Shown in pieces: positions 7,632 to 16,866 of a DNA stretch of 64,000 nt. Within the stretch, counting starts at the first letter, position 1; every line of letters begins with the position of its first letter. This DNA is from Desulfurococcales archaeon (GTDB taxonomy: Archaea > Thermoproteota > Thermoprotei_A > Sulfolobales > NBVN01). The position numbers and the translations under genes were made by a program. The notes under the pieces are model-generated. The model was not told the DNA's origin and searched no databases. It saw only the letters and a program-made list of their open reading frames with translations. The DNA is taken from positions 901 to 64,900 of the forward strand of contig WAOK01000002.1 of assembly GCA_015521325.1 (NCBI GenBank), given 5' to 3'.

Positions 7632-9257
7632 ATGGTCGGGGTCGAGGAGGTGATCCAGCCTGATCCGGCGCTTGCCCAGCAGTGCGTCGCCCTAGCCCCG
7701 CTAGTGGCCGTCATCACTGCTTTCCTCATCCCGATAATGCATATGGCGACTAAGAGCCGCTTCGTCTCGTGGCTTATTTCTGAGCTTGGTATGTTATTCG
7801 CCCTCGCCGCGAGCGCCTACGCCGCGTTCGCCGTTTACGCTGGCGGGGGCGTGATCACGTACGAGTTCGCCGCCTTCCCACCACCGCTTGGCATAACGTA
7901 CATCGTCGACCACATCAACGCCTTCATCGGGCTCCTCGTAGCGGCAGTTTTCTTCCTCGTGAACATCTTCGCCTACACCTACATCAAGGGTATTGGCGGG
8001 GACGAGTGGTACTACACAATCACTATGGGTATGGAGGCCGGTCTCCTCGGCATAGCCTACACGGGAGATATCTTCAACCTCTTCGTAATGATGGAGGTGG
8101 CCTCCGTAGCGACCTATGCCGCCATAGCGTTCCGTAGGGAGAGGGGGCACACCCTTGAAGCGAGCACGAAGTACGCATTCATAGGCGCGGTCGCGACGAC
8201 CGTCTACTTCATCGCCGCGGTGATGGCGTACTATTCCTTCGGCACACTGAACATGGCTAACATAGCCGCCATAGTAATGAACTACGGCGGCGCCTTCACC
8301 ACATACTTCGGGGGAGGCTTCGCGGCGAACCCTTACCTCGCCCTCGCCGTATTCTTAGGCCTGGCCGCGTGGGCGCTCATGATAGAGGCAGCACTTTTTC
8401 CGATGCATTTCTGGCTACCCGACGCCTACTCGGCCGCCCCAGCTACTGCATCGGCGTCACTGGCGGCCGTGGCTGAGGGTGTCTACATTTACGCGATAGC
8501 GAGGCTCATGTACACTGTGGGCGGGGCCGAGCACATCGAGTGGCTGAGGTGGGTAATGCTCGTTCTCGGGTCAGCGGCCGTCATCTTCGGCGGGTACGCC
8601 CTAGCTATCCAGAACGGGCTCAAGAAGATGATAGCCTACTCGGCGGTCCTCGACGTGGGCTTCATGTTCATAGGCCTCGGGATAGGCACCCAGGCAGCTC
8701 TTGCCGCCACCCTCTACTACGTCCTCTCCCATGCCGTGGTCAAGCCGCTGCTCTTCATGGTTGCGGGCGCTGCGGAGCACAGCATCGGCACGACATCCTT
8801 AGCCGAGATCGGTGGTAGGCTGAGGGCATCGCCTATACTCGGGTTCGGGCTCCTAGTGGGGGGCCTAGCTGTTGCCGGGGTCGTGCCGCTTAATCTGTTC
8901 TTCGCTAAGCTGGGCCTCGTAATAGCGTCGATTGAGGCAGGCCTCTATCCGCTCATAATCATAATAGCTATAGGTTCCGCCCTGGCGCTTGTGGGCTTCA
9001 TGAGGGCTTTCTACGCAGCATACTTCAACATCTCGAAACACGTGGACGGAATAAGAATCCCGGCCAGCTTCAAGGCAATGATACTCCTCTTCGCAATCGG
9101 CGTAATAGCCACCGGCGTCGCCTACTATTACCTGGCGCCGGCGGTCATAGAGCCGGCAGCGAGATCCCTCCTCGACCCCGCCGCGAGGAGGGCCTACGTA
9201 GACGCGGCGCAGTCTCTCCTTAATCAGGTCGTAACCATTTCTTCATTGGGTGGTTAA
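7632..9257 (+). CDS. mbxH: MrpD/NuoN-type antiporter-like subunit of Mbx/MBS-like complex
   Basis: Polytopic membrane protein with WLPDAYSAAPATASA (compare WLPDAH.EAPTP.SA of NuoL/M/N/MrpD). First gene of a tightly coupled 13-gene operon. Confidence 0.85.
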   Translation: MVGVEEVIQPDPALAQQCVALAPLVAVITAFLIPIMHMATKSRFVSWLISELGMLFALAASAYAAFAVYAGGGVITYEFAAFPPPLGITYIVDHINAFIGLLVAAVFFLVNIFAYTYIKGIGGDEWYYTITMGMEAGLLGIAYTGDIFNLFVMMEVASVATYAAIAFRRERGHTLEASTKYAFIGAVATTVYFIAAVMAYYSFGTLNMANIAAIVMNYGGAFTTYFGGGFAANPYLALAVFLGLAAWALMIEAALFPMHFWLPDAYSAAPATASASLAAVAEGVYIYAIARLMYTVGGAEHIEWLRWVMLVLGSAAVIFGGYALAIQNGLKKMIAYSAVLDVGFMFIGLGIGTQAALAATLYYVLSHAVVKPLLFMVAGAAEHSIGTTSLAEIGGRLRASPILGFGLLVGGLAVAGVVPLNLFFAKLGLVIASIEAGLYPLIIIIAIGSALALVGFMRAFYAAYFNISKHVDGIRIPASFKAMILLFAIGVIATGVAYYYLAPAVIEPAARSLLDPAARRAYVDAAQSLLNQVVTISSLGG

Positions 9258-9259
9258 TC

Positions 9260-9841
9260 ATGAGTGAAGTAAAACAAGAGAAGAAACCCCGCGAGGGGAA
9301 GGAGAAAAAGGGGAAGAAGGCTTGGTTCAGTGGCTGGTTTAGGTCGAAGTCTATCTGGATGATACACTACTGCTCTGCCTGCGGCGCGATCGAGCTCCCA
9401 CCGGTTGTGATGTCACCGCTCGACTTCGAGAGATACGGGTTCATGCCTGCTCCGACACCTAGGCAGTCCGACGTGTTCGTGGTCATGGGTTACGTGAACA
9501 AGAAGACTCTTAAGGTACTCCTCAGGCTGTACGAGCAAATGCCCGAGCCTAAGTACGTGCTCGTGGGCTGTAACTGCCCCGCCACGGGCGGGCTATACTG
9601 GGACTCCTACGCAACAATAAAGGACATCAGTGAGTACATACCCGTCGATGTCTGGGTACCTGGGTGCATGCCCAGATCCTTCGACTGGCTCAAGGGGTTC
9701 CTCGAGCTCGCACGCCTCGTGCGTGAGGGCAAGATACCCCAGACCCCGAGGCCGATAGAGGAGAAGCCCGGAGAGCTTGAGGAGATGATCCTCAAGGAGA
9801 TCCAGGCTAGGGAGGAGCGCTTCAAGAGGGAGAGAGGATGA
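9260..9841 (+). CDS. mbxJ: NuoB / hydrogenase small-subunit-like [4Fe-4S] subunit
   Basis: Cys motifs YCSACGAIE, VGCNCPATGG and VPGCMPRS correspond to the NuoB/MbhJ cluster N2-type ligands. Lys-rich N-terminal extension. Confidence 0.85.
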   Translation: MSEVKQEKKPREGKEKKGKKAWFSGWFRSKSIWMIHYCSACGAIELPPVVMSPLDFERYGFMPAPTPRQSDVFVVMGYVNKKTLKVLLRLYEQMPEPKYVLVGCNCPATGGLYWDSYATIKDISEYIPVDVWVPGCMPRSFDWLKGFLELARLVREGKIPQTPRPIEEKPGELEEMILKEIQAREERFKRERG

Positions 9842-10407
9842 GCACAGTAGAGGGGCACGCCGAGGGGAAGGATGAGATCCTAGAGCTGATCCGGCGGTCT
9901 CTGCCACCGGGTAAGTTCAAGGAAGTAGTCCCCACTAGGTGGCCGAGGAGGTACATTGTCTTCATAGACGCGTGGGCCATAAGGCCGGTCATGGAGGCCT
10001 TGAAGGCCGCGGGCTTCGACCGATTCGTGGCGATTGAGGCCATAGACTGGTACAATATAGAGCCCGTCTTCGAGCTCCTCTACTATGTCGAGTCAGTGAA
10101 GCTCGGCGGGCCCCTCGTTATAGTGAGGACTAAGATACCCAGGAACAACCCGGAGATAGACACTATAAGAGACATCTACCCCTTGGCCCACTGGCAGGAG
10201 ATAGAGAACTACGAGTTCTTCGGCATAAGGTTCAGGGGGCACCCAGACCTCAGGCTCTGGATACTCGAGGACAACTGGGAAGGCCCGCCACCACTGAGGA
10301 AGGACTTCGACACCGTGAAGTACGTGCTCGAGACCTACTACGGCGGCAAGAAGTGGGAGAGGCCCGTGAAGAGGAGGGAGCCACCGCCACCAAGGGGTGA
10401 GGAATGA
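9838..10407 (+). CDS. mbxK: NuoC (30 kDa)-like subunit
   Basis: Position between the NuoB-like and NuoD-like genes. The E..NYEFFGIRFRGHPDLR pattern is typical of NuoC. 4-nt overlaps on both sides. Confidence 0.8.
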   Translation: MSTVEGHAEGKDEILELIRRSLPPGKFKEVVPTRWPRRYIVFIDAWAIRPVMEALKAAGFDRFVAIEAIDWYNIEPVFELLYYVESVKLGGPLVIVRTKIPRNNPEIDTIRDIYPLAHWQEIENYEFFGIRFRGHPDLRLWILEDNWEGPPPLRKDFDTVKYVLETYYGGKKWERPVKRREPPPPRGEE

Positions 10408-11543
10408 TGGCAGAGGGCAAACCAAGGATGATATTCCTCGGGCCCCAGCACCCGGGGGCCCCCGGTAACGTCGCGTTCAAGGTGTGGCTCAAGGGCGAGA
10501 AGGTGGTGAAGGCCGAGCTAGTGCCCGGGTTCCTGCACAGGGGCTTCGAGAAGATGATGGAGAACAGGTGGTGGGAGGTAGACGTAGTTCTTTCGCCCAG
10601 GTATTGCGTCGAGGACCCGGACAACTTCGAGCTCGCGTACGTCCTCGCAGTAGAGGACTTGTTTGGTGTCGAGGCACCCGAGAAGGCCAGGATCGTGAGG
10701 ACTATCGTCGCCGAGATGAGCAGGATCCAGTCCCACCTCTTCTGGCTAATGCACATGGGCGGTGCTACGGGCGCGAGGTACATACCCGCCTGGGCTATGG
10801 CAGCCAGAGAGGAGATACTGAGGTGGTACGACTACGTCACCGGGCACAGGATATACCACCACTACATGACCCCCGGAGGCATCAGGTGGAACGTGCCGAA
10901 GGACTTCAAGGAGGTCACCCTCAAGACACTGAACAGGGTCATGCCGATGGTGAAGGACATCGAGGACGCCTTCGTGAACAACAGAATACTTAGAGCGAGG
11001 ACTGAGGGCATAGGTGTTATCAAGGGCTACGTCGCGGTTCAGCTAAACGCCACAGGCCCAACCCTAAGGGCTGCTGGGATAAAGTATGATGTGAGGAAGG
11101 TCGACCCCTACGAGGCATACGGGGACGTAGACTTCGAGATCCCGACCGGCACAGAGGGCGACGCCCACGACAGGATAGTCGTTAGGATCAGGGAGATTTA
11201 TCAGAGCAAACACATAATCGAGCAACTTGTTGAGAGGGTGAAGCCCGACGACCTCAACTACAGGGTGAAGATGCCCCTCCTACCACCGCCGACCCTTCCA
11301 TGGCCAGCGGTTGCGAGGCACGGCGAGGGCATGAGCAGGGTTGAGGCAGCGAGAGGTGAGGCGATGGTGCACGTTGTCGGCATAAAGGACAGGAAGCCGT
11401 ACAGGGTCAAGCTGATCACCCCCTCAATGCCCCTCCTAACAACAGTAATGGACTACATCATAGAGCACGAGGACGTCACAATAGCTGACCTGCCCATAAT
11501 CGTGATGAGCCTCGACCCATGCCCACCGGACATAGATAGGTGA
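10404..11543 (+). CDS. mbxL: NuoD / [NiFe]-hydrogenase large-subunit-like catalytic subunit lacking 2 of 4 NiFe cysteines (Mbx/MBS type)
   Basis: LGPQHPGAPG and GFLHRGFEK motifs. The N-terminal site reads RYCVED (hydrogenases: RxCGxC) and the C-terminal site reads DPCPPDIDR (hydrogenases: DPCxxC). Confidence 0.85.
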   Translation: MMAEGKPRMIFLGPQHPGAPGNVAFKVWLKGEKVVKAELVPGFLHRGFEKMMENRWWEVDVVLSPRYCVEDPDNFELAYVLAVEDLFGVEAPEKARIVRTIVAEMSRIQSHLFWLMHMGGATGARYIPAWAMAAREEILRWYDYVTGHRIYHHYMTPGGIRWNVPKDFKEVTLKTLNRVMPMVKDIEDAFVNNRILRARTEGIGVIKGYVAVQLNATGPTLRAAGIKYDVRKVDPYEAYGDVDFEIPTGTEGDAHDRIVVRIREIYQSKHIIEQLVERVKPDDLNYRVKMPLLPPPTLPWPAVARHGEGMSRVEAARGEAMVHVVGIKDRKPYRVKLITPSMPLLTTVMDYIIEHEDVTIADLPIIVMSLDPCPPDIDR

Positions 11544-11544
11544 G

Positions 11545-12018
11545 GTGGTAGATATGGCGCTCAAGGCACTCCTGCTCGGGATGAAGTACCTCTTCAAGAG
11601 ACCCTACACCATGCTCGTTCCGGAGAAGGAGCCCCCCATGACGACCGAGAAGACCAGGGGCAGGCACCTCCTAGACATGAGCAAGTGCGTAGGCTGCAGA
11701 ATGTGCCAGATGGTGTGCCCAGCAGACGCTATCAAGATGTACAAGGTAGAGGGCGACTTCAAACAGAACCCAAAGAAGATATTCCCGGGCATAGACTTCA
11801 ACCGCTGTACCTTCTGTGCCCTCTGCGTCGAGGTCTGCCCGACCGGCGCACTCTCCATGACAGACATAACTGGCTGGTACATGACGACGACCGACACGAG
11901 GACCAACCTCAGGTCTCCGTACGACCTCGCCGCCGAGCTGGCTAAGAACGAGAAGCCGGACTTCCGGGTCACGATCACTAAGCAGACCTTCCTTTACCAG
12001 ACCAAGAAGAGAGGGTGA
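11545..12018 (+). CDS. mbxN: NuoI-like 2x[4Fe-4S] ferredoxin subunit
   Basis: Two CxxCxxCxxxCP motifs (CVGCRMCQMVCP, CTFCALCVEVCP). Confidence 0.85.
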   Translation: MVDMALKALLLGMKYLFKRPYTMLVPEKEPPMTTEKTRGRHLLDMSKCVGCRMCQMVCPADAIKMYKVEGDFKQNPKKIFPGIDFNRCTFCALCVEVCPTGALSMTDITGWYMTTTDTRTNLRSPYDLAAELAKNEKPDFRVTITKQTFLYQTKKRG

Positions 12019-12308
12019 TTACCGTGCTCCCGCTTGAGACACAGATGTACATCTTGGCCGGGGCTATCGGGCTCTACATATTTTCCTCACTCATCTACGC
12101 GTACAAACTCGCTACCGAGAAGTCCGTCCCGGACATGGTCATACTGGTCGACTCTCTTACCTATGACTTGGCCGTGTTTATTGTGGCACTCTCGATACTC
12201 ACCCAGAACGCGTATCTGGCCGTGGGGGCTTTGCCCCTCGCGATCTGGGCATACGTATTCGACATATACATGAGTAAGTATCTGGAGGGGAGGGAGCTTG
12301 GTGACTGA
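12015..12308 (+). CDS. MrpF/MnhF-like small membrane subunit
   Basis: Three TM helices with a VPDMVILVDSL segment resembling the MrpF DRxxAxD region. Position in the Mrp module. Confidence 0.6.
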   Translation: MITVLPLETQMYILAGAIGLYIFSSLIYAYKLATEKSVPDMVILVDSLTYDLAVFIVALSILTQNAYLAVGALPLAIWAYVFDIYMSKYLEGRELGD

Positions 12309-12690
12309 CGCACTCACGCTAGTGGGCCAGATCCTGGGATGTCTGGGCCTGGTGCTAGCACTCGTTGGGGCAGTTAACGACTTAATAGCGGCGATAGGGT
12401 TCGTGAGGTTCAAGAACTTCTTCCTGAGGCTCCACGCCCTAACCGTCGGCGTGATAGGGGGGACGTTCTACCCGCTCATCGGGCTCGGGACATACGCCCT
12501 CTTCTGCATATCGCCGCCGCTCGGGTATTACGTGGCGGGCGTGTCCTACGTCACCGCGTTCTTCGTCCTCATAACTGCCCCGGCAGGCTCCCACGCAATA
12601 GCTAGGGGGGCCCACAGGGCTGGGTACAGGCCCGAGCCCGTGAAGGAGGACAAGTTGGCTAAGGACAGGGAGGAGGGGGTGATGGAGTGA
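12298..12690 (+). CDS. MrpG/MnhG-like subunit
   Basis: AIGFVRFKNFFLRLHALTVG matches the MnhG signature (G..RFPD.y.RlHa..k). Confidence 0.75.
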   Translation: MVTDALTLVGQILGCLGLVLALVGAVNDLIAAIGFVRFKNFFLRLHALTVGVIGGTFYPLIGLGTYALFCISPPLGYYVAGVSYVTAFFVLITAPAGSHAIARGAHRAGYRPEPVKEDKLAKDREEGVME

Positions 12691-12980
12691 TGTTCCAGGG
12701 CCCGGTAATATTCGGTCTCACGGTGAACGAGATACTCCTAGCCGTGTTCCTAACTCTAGCACTTGTCTTCACCTACAAGACGCTGGTCGAGAAGGACCTA
12801 GTGAAGGCCGTCGTCTACTCGGGCGGTGAGGCAGTCTCGTACGCCCTGGCGTTCGTTGTCATGTACGCCCCTGACCTCGTGCTAGCCTACGTAGCCGTCG
12901 GCCTCGGGATTTACTCGGCACTCTTCCTATTCGTGATCACTAGGACTGAGAGGTATGAGAAGGAGGTGGTTGAGGCGTGA
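12687..12980 (+). CDS. DUF4040 / MbhD-like (MrpA C-terminal-like) subunit
   Basis: VMYAPDLVLAYVAVG resembles the DUF4040 aPDvAlTe motif. Three TM helices. ATGA overlap with the previous gene. Confidence 0.55.
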   Translation: MMFQGPVIFGLTVNEILLAVFLTLALVFTYKTLVEKDLVKAVVYSGGEAVSYALAFVVMYAPDLVLAYVAVGLGIYSALFLFVITRTERYEKEVVEA

Positions 12981-13804
12981 AGGGTGAGGAGGCACTAGCC
13001 ATAATCGTGTCCTTGGCCGCCGCGGCGCTACTGGCCGTAGTGGCCGTCGGGCAGGGCCTCGTGCCGGTGGCCTCAACAGACCTGACCCCGCTGGCGAGGT
13101 TCTACCTCCTGAACGTGTACAACGGGAGTAGCCAGCTATGGGGCGCCTCGCCCGAGGTCATAACATCGATACTCTGGGATTACAGAGGCCTCGACACGGT
13201 GTACGAGACGGCCGTGTTCTTCCTAGCCATAATAGCTACCCTAACTCTGTTCAGGGATGCGAAGCTCCTGCCAGAGACCGCCGGCGCTGGTAGGGGCATG
13301 ACCGTCATTGTTAAGACAGTGACGAGGATAACATTCGTCACCATACCGATCATAGCTGCCTCGATAGCGCTGCACGGTCACCTAACCCCCGGAGGAGGTT
13401 TCCAGGGCGGCGCGGCGTTCGGTGTCGCCCCGCTGCTCCTCATAACGGCGTTCTCCCTACGCCTAGCGGCTGAGAGGGGGTGGAGTAAGGGCAAGCTCCT
13501 GACGGTGAGAACTGCTGGCCTGCTCGCCATCGGATTAATAGCTGTGTCCACGCCCTACGTCATCGCCGCCTTAGGCGGTAAGGCAGGCATCGGTTACGTC
13601 ATGCAGAACCAGCCGAAGGCCTGGGCAGACGTTGGGTGGCCTTACGCAATAACCTATGCCGGGATGAGGGTGCTGTTCAGCGGCACCCTCTTGTTCCTCA
13701 ACCTGGCCGAGCTATTCGCTGTCTCAGCGGGCCTCGCGCTCGTGTTCACAGTCATAGCCATGCCGACTGAGGTGCTCGAGAAGGGTGGGGGTGTGAGAAA
13801 ATGA
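12977..13804 (+). CDS. MrpB/MnhB-domain subunit
   Basis: SILWDYRGLDTVYETAVFFLAI matches the MnhB signature (DfRgyDTlgE). Polytopic. Confidence 0.7.
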   Translation: MKGEEALAIIVSLAAAALLAVVAVGQGLVPVASTDLTPLARFYLLNVYNGSSQLWGASPEVITSILWDYRGLDTVYETAVFFLAIIATLTLFRDAKLLPETAGAGRGMTVIVKTVTRITFVTIPIIAASIALHGHLTPGGGFQGGAAFGVAPLLLITAFSLRLAAERGWSKGKLLTVRTAGLLAIGLIAVSTPYVIAALGGKAGIGYVMQNQPKAWADVGWPYAITYAGMRVLFSGTLLFLNLAELFAVSAGLALVFTVIAMPTEVLEKGGGVRK

Positions 13805-14229
13805 TGGATGCCGGCACACTGCTCTGGATATACTTTTACTCGGTTCTGCTCGTCACGGTGTTCCTCAGCCTGTACGGGGTGTACAGGAGGCCTAATGTCT
13901 TGAAGAAAATCATAATGCTGTCGATATTCGGCGACGCTGCCAACGTACTCGCGGTGCTCATGGGGTTCAGGAAAAACGCTGCATCACCTCCGGTGTACCC
14001 CGGGCAGACATACACTGAGTGGTCTGTCCCGAACTCGACACAGCTACAGCAGTTCGCCTCAGTAGCTGTTGACCCAGTGCCTCAGGTGCTTGTCGTAACC
14101 GCTATAGTCATAGGTCTCGCTGTGCTCATATTCCTCTCCGCAGCCGCCATACTCCTGTACAGGCACTACGGCACCCTTGACGTGAGGCTCATAAGGCAGA
14201 AAATAGTTGAGGGGGGTGTTGAGGAATGA
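13801..14229 (+). CDS. MrpC/NuoK-like subunit
   Basis: DPVPQVLVVTAIVIGLAV matches the MnhC/NuoK C-terminal signature (dPlpQALvLTaIVIg). Confidence 0.65.
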   Translation: MMDAGTLLWIYFYSVLLVTVFLSLYGVYRRPNVLKKIIMLSIFGDAANVLAVLMGFRKNAASPPVYPGQTYTEWSVPNSTQLQQFASVAVDPVPQVLVVTAIVIGLAVLIFLSAAAILLYRHYGTLDVRLIRQKIVEGGVEE

Positions 14230-14735
14230 GTAAGGCGGGATCGGCTTTCGCGGTATTCCTGTTCCTCCTCGGAATATACCTGGTCTACACAGGAACAGCC
14301 AACCCGGTCGACGTCATAGCTGGGGGCGTGGCCGCTGCCGTAATAGCGGCGCTCTCAGCCGACCTCGTGGTGAGGAAGCCAGGCAAGGTGTTTGACCCGA
14401 GGAGGTGGGTCGCCTTCATTGTCTATGCTGTGAAGTACCTCACCGTCATAGAGGCGAGGGCCCACCTGGACGTGATTAGGAGGATACTAAGCCCGTCGCT
14501 CCCGGTTGACCCGGCCATCGTGAGGGTGCCGTACGCCGTTAGCGACGACTACGCCATAACCACCATAGCTAACTCAATAACCAACACACCCGGCACCGTC
14601 GTCGTGGACATAGACACTGAGAGGAAGTACATGTACGTCCACTGGATAGACGCCAAGGCTACCGAGGATGAAGAAGCCAGGGCCCACGTATCCGAGGAAT
14701 TCGAGAGTTATGCCAAGCTTATTTTCGAGGGGTGA
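14226..14735 (+). CDS. MrpE/MnhE-like subunit
   Basis: ANSITNTPGTVVVDID resembles the MnhE iTLTPGT motif. Two N-terminal TM helices. Confidence 0.7.
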   Translation: MSKAGSAFAVFLFLLGIYLVYTGTANPVDVIAGGVAAAVIAALSADLVVRKPGKVFDPRRWVAFIVYAVKYLTVIEARAHLDVIRRILSPSLPVDPAIVRVPYAVSDDYAITTIANSITNTPGTVVVDIDTERKYMYVHWIDAKATEDEEARAHVSEEFESYAKLIFEG

Positions 14736-15100
14736 TAGGGGTGGCCGCGATAGGTATGGGGCCTGATGTCCTGGTTCTTGTATCCTTCGGCTTCGTCTTC
14801 CTCGTAGCGGGAGTGGTTTGGTTTATGATGTACCATTTGTTCCAAAAAGTTTACGGGAGAAAGCTGAAGTACGAAACACCCGTTAAGAGGGACCTGGTCT
14901 TCTGCGGCATGGAGCCGCCGGAGGAGGACGTCATGATACCGGTGACTGAGGTTATGACCTCTGTCCTGAGCAGGGCTGTGAGGAGGTGGTATAAGGCGAT
15001 TAAGGAGGGAGCAGCTGTGGAGTTCGTGCAGGACTGGTACTTTTACCTAATAGTAATGCTCGTTATACTGCTTAGCATAGGTGTTGCCCTGGGGTGGTGA
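14732..15100 (+). CDS. small two-TM subunit of the complex (possibly MbhI-like)
   Basis: GTGA-coupled to mrpE. It has a TM, an amphipathic linker and a second TM. Assignment rests on position and size only. Confidence 0.4.
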   Translation: MIGVAAIGMGPDVLVLVSFGFVFLVAGVVWFMMYHLFQKVYGRKLKYETPVKRDLVFCGMEPPEEDVMIPVTEVMTSVLSRAVRRWYKAIKEGAAVEFVQDWYFYLIVMLVILLSIGVALGW

Positions 15101-15103
15101 GGG

Positions 15104-16111
15104 ATGGATGCCTGGATAAGTAATGTGGTGACCCTTGTCCTTGAGGCCCTGGTCTTTCCGGGCTTCATGTTCATGATGGCCATGATTATCTTCACTCAGT
15201 GGTGGTGGAGGAAGGCTTCGGCCAGGATGGCGTATAGGAGAGGCCCCACAAGGACGGGGCCTGCGGGAACGCTACAGCCCCTCGCCGACTTCCTGAAGCT
15301 CTTGGCCAAAGAGGATATAACTAACGGGCTCATGCTGCGGCGATTGCCTATACTCATAACATCATTCGCTGCTGGTTCAATAATTACTGTGCTCTTATTC
15401 ACTCCCCTGTCCCCGCTAGCCCTTTGGTCACCCTTCGATATAGTCATTGTCCTGTACCTTCTGCTGTGGGTCGCCGTTTCCATGGCCCTCTACGGGCTCT
15501 CGGCACCCAACCCCTACACCAACCTAGGGGTGGGTAGATACCTCGCCCTGCTAACGGTCAGCGAGCCAGCCCTCTTCGCCGCTTTCCTAGTGCCGCCGAT
15601 AGTGGCTGCAGGGATCAACCCTTCAACGCAGTACAGCCTATACTGGACAATAATGAACGCCGCCAATCTATGGACGAGCAGTGCAGTGAATGCTACAGTC
15701 ATGGCCATAGCAGCTATTGCGGGGTTCTTCGCTATGCTTGGCGTAATGACTGTTAAGCCGTTCGATTTCCCGGAGGCTGAGGGCGAGATATACTGGGGGA
15801 TGTTCACCGAGTATGGCGGCCCTCGGCTAGCCCTGGGGTTCTTCGTCTTGTTCCTGGAGAAGATCATTCTGCCAATGCTATATGTCATGTTGTTCCTAGG
15901 AGGTGCTGCACCCTTTAGCTTCGCAGATAACTACGTAGCGGCCTTCATAATCGTCCTCATGAAATACCTAGCTGTCTACACCCTCATAGCTCTCATAGAT
16001 ACCATGATGCCAAGGTACAGGCCTGACCAAGGCATAAGGTTCATGATAAAGTACGCGATAACGCCAGCAACCATAGCCCTAATATTCGCCGTGGTTGCTA
16101 CCGCCATCTGA
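15104..16111 (+). CDS. mbxM: NuoH-like membrane subunit
   Basis: RRGPTRTGPAGTLQPLADFLKLLAKED matches the NuoH/HycD signature (R.GPn.vGp.GllQp.AD..Kl..KE). Confidence 0.85.
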   Translation: MDAWISNVVTLVLEALVFPGFMFMMAMIIFTQWWWRKASARMAYRRGPTRTGPAGTLQPLADFLKLLAKEDITNGLMLRRLPILITSFAAGSIITVLLFTPLSPLALWSPFDIVIVLYLLLWVAVSMALYGLSAPNPYTNLGVGRYLALLTVSEPALFAAFLVPPIVAAGINPSTQYSLYWTIMNAANLWTSSAVNATVMAIAAIAGFFAMLGVMTVKPFDFPEAEGEIYWGMFTEYGGPRLALGFFVLFLEKIILPMLYVMLFLGGAAPFSFADNYVAAFIIVLMKYLAVYTLIALIDTMMPRYRPDQGIRFMIKYAITPATIALIFAVVATAI

Positions 16112-16149
16112 GGGTGTGAACTTTAATTTCACCACACACCTCTCCTAGT

Positions 16150-16815
16150 GTGAGGTTATGTTTGATGAACGCCTCACACTCATTCGATGAGGTACTAAAT
16201 AACGTAATAAGCTGGTTGAAGCAGGGCGATCCCAACGCGAAGAACCACGTCGACCTCCCGTGGGAGGTTGTTGAAAAGGTTGTTGAGGGAACGAAGTACT
16301 ACATGGCTACATATAAGGAAATACCCTACATAATCTATATTTACCCCTTAAGGGATATCGAGATAATCAGGCTCGTGATAGATCCCCTAATCCCAACCAA
16401 GTTTATGGACAACAACGACAGGCTCAGGCTCTACTACGCCCTGCTGAAGATATCAACAAATCCCAGCCTAGTGAAGGCCGGCTTAGTCGGCGACGACGAC
16501 GGCATAGTTTTCATAGCAGATCTGAGTGCGTACTCCCTCGGTAGGAGAGAGCTAAATCAAGCCCTCGAGGAGCTTCTAATAACAGCGTATGGAGTGATTA
16601 AGGAGCTTGGAGCGGAGGAACACGTGATCGAGGCCTACCTAAAGGGGGTTCTCGCCATTATAGAGACGAAGAAGGAGAAGGGAGCCACTGCCGAGGAAGT
16701 AAGGAAGTTTCTGACGGAGAAGCTCGGACTTAAGGGGGAGTTGGCTGACGCCCTTATCAAGGAGGTGTACGGTGAGGGCGCCGCGGAGAAAGGGCCCTTC
16801 ACGGGTACTATATGA
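16150..16815 (+). CDS. hypothetical protein (weak YbjN/T3SS-chaperone-like pattern)
   Basis: RLRLYYALLKISTNPSLVKAGLVGDDDGIVFIADLSAYSLGRRELNQALEEL resembles the YbjN-type pattern by eye only. The start is ambiguous (GTG 16150 or the ATG a few codons later). Confidence 0.4.
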   Translation: MRLCLMNASHSFDEVLNNVISWLKQGDPNAKNHVDLPWEVVEKVVEGTKYYMATYKEIPYIIYIYPLRDIEIIRLVIDPLIPTKFMDNNDRLRLYYALLKISTNPSLVKAGLVGDDDGIVFIADLSAYSLGRRELNQALEELLITAYGVIKELGAEEHVIEAYLKGVLAIIETKKEKGATAEEVRKFLTEKLGLKGELADALIKEVYGEGAAEKGPFTGTI

Positions 16816-16866
16816 TCTCCCGAACTACCTTTAATCCCTCATCAATAGTTTTTCGAGGGTAGGCCT

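Noticed and set aside
7645-7657. GAGGAGGTGATCC, a near-perfect anti-16S-3'-tail (Shine-Dalgarno) sequence just inside the annotated mbxH ORF. It could suggest a downstream true start.
   Set aside because: No in-frame ATG/GTG/TTG lies 4-12 nt downstream (the next in-frame GTG is about 50 nt away, inside the first TM helix). I therefore kept the 7632 start and mention the element only in the hairpin finding.
10250-10783. Long alternative-frame or antisense ORFs in the track. Examples: 10250..10783, 10484..10993, 19680..20201, 25492..25992, 39960..40463, 59619..60191, 61224..61757, 7794..8150.
   Set aside because: They lie entirely inside genes with strong family motifs. They have Arg/Pro/Ser/Gly-rich, low-complexity translations typical of shadow frames in GC-rich DNA, and they lack motifs or plausible promoters.
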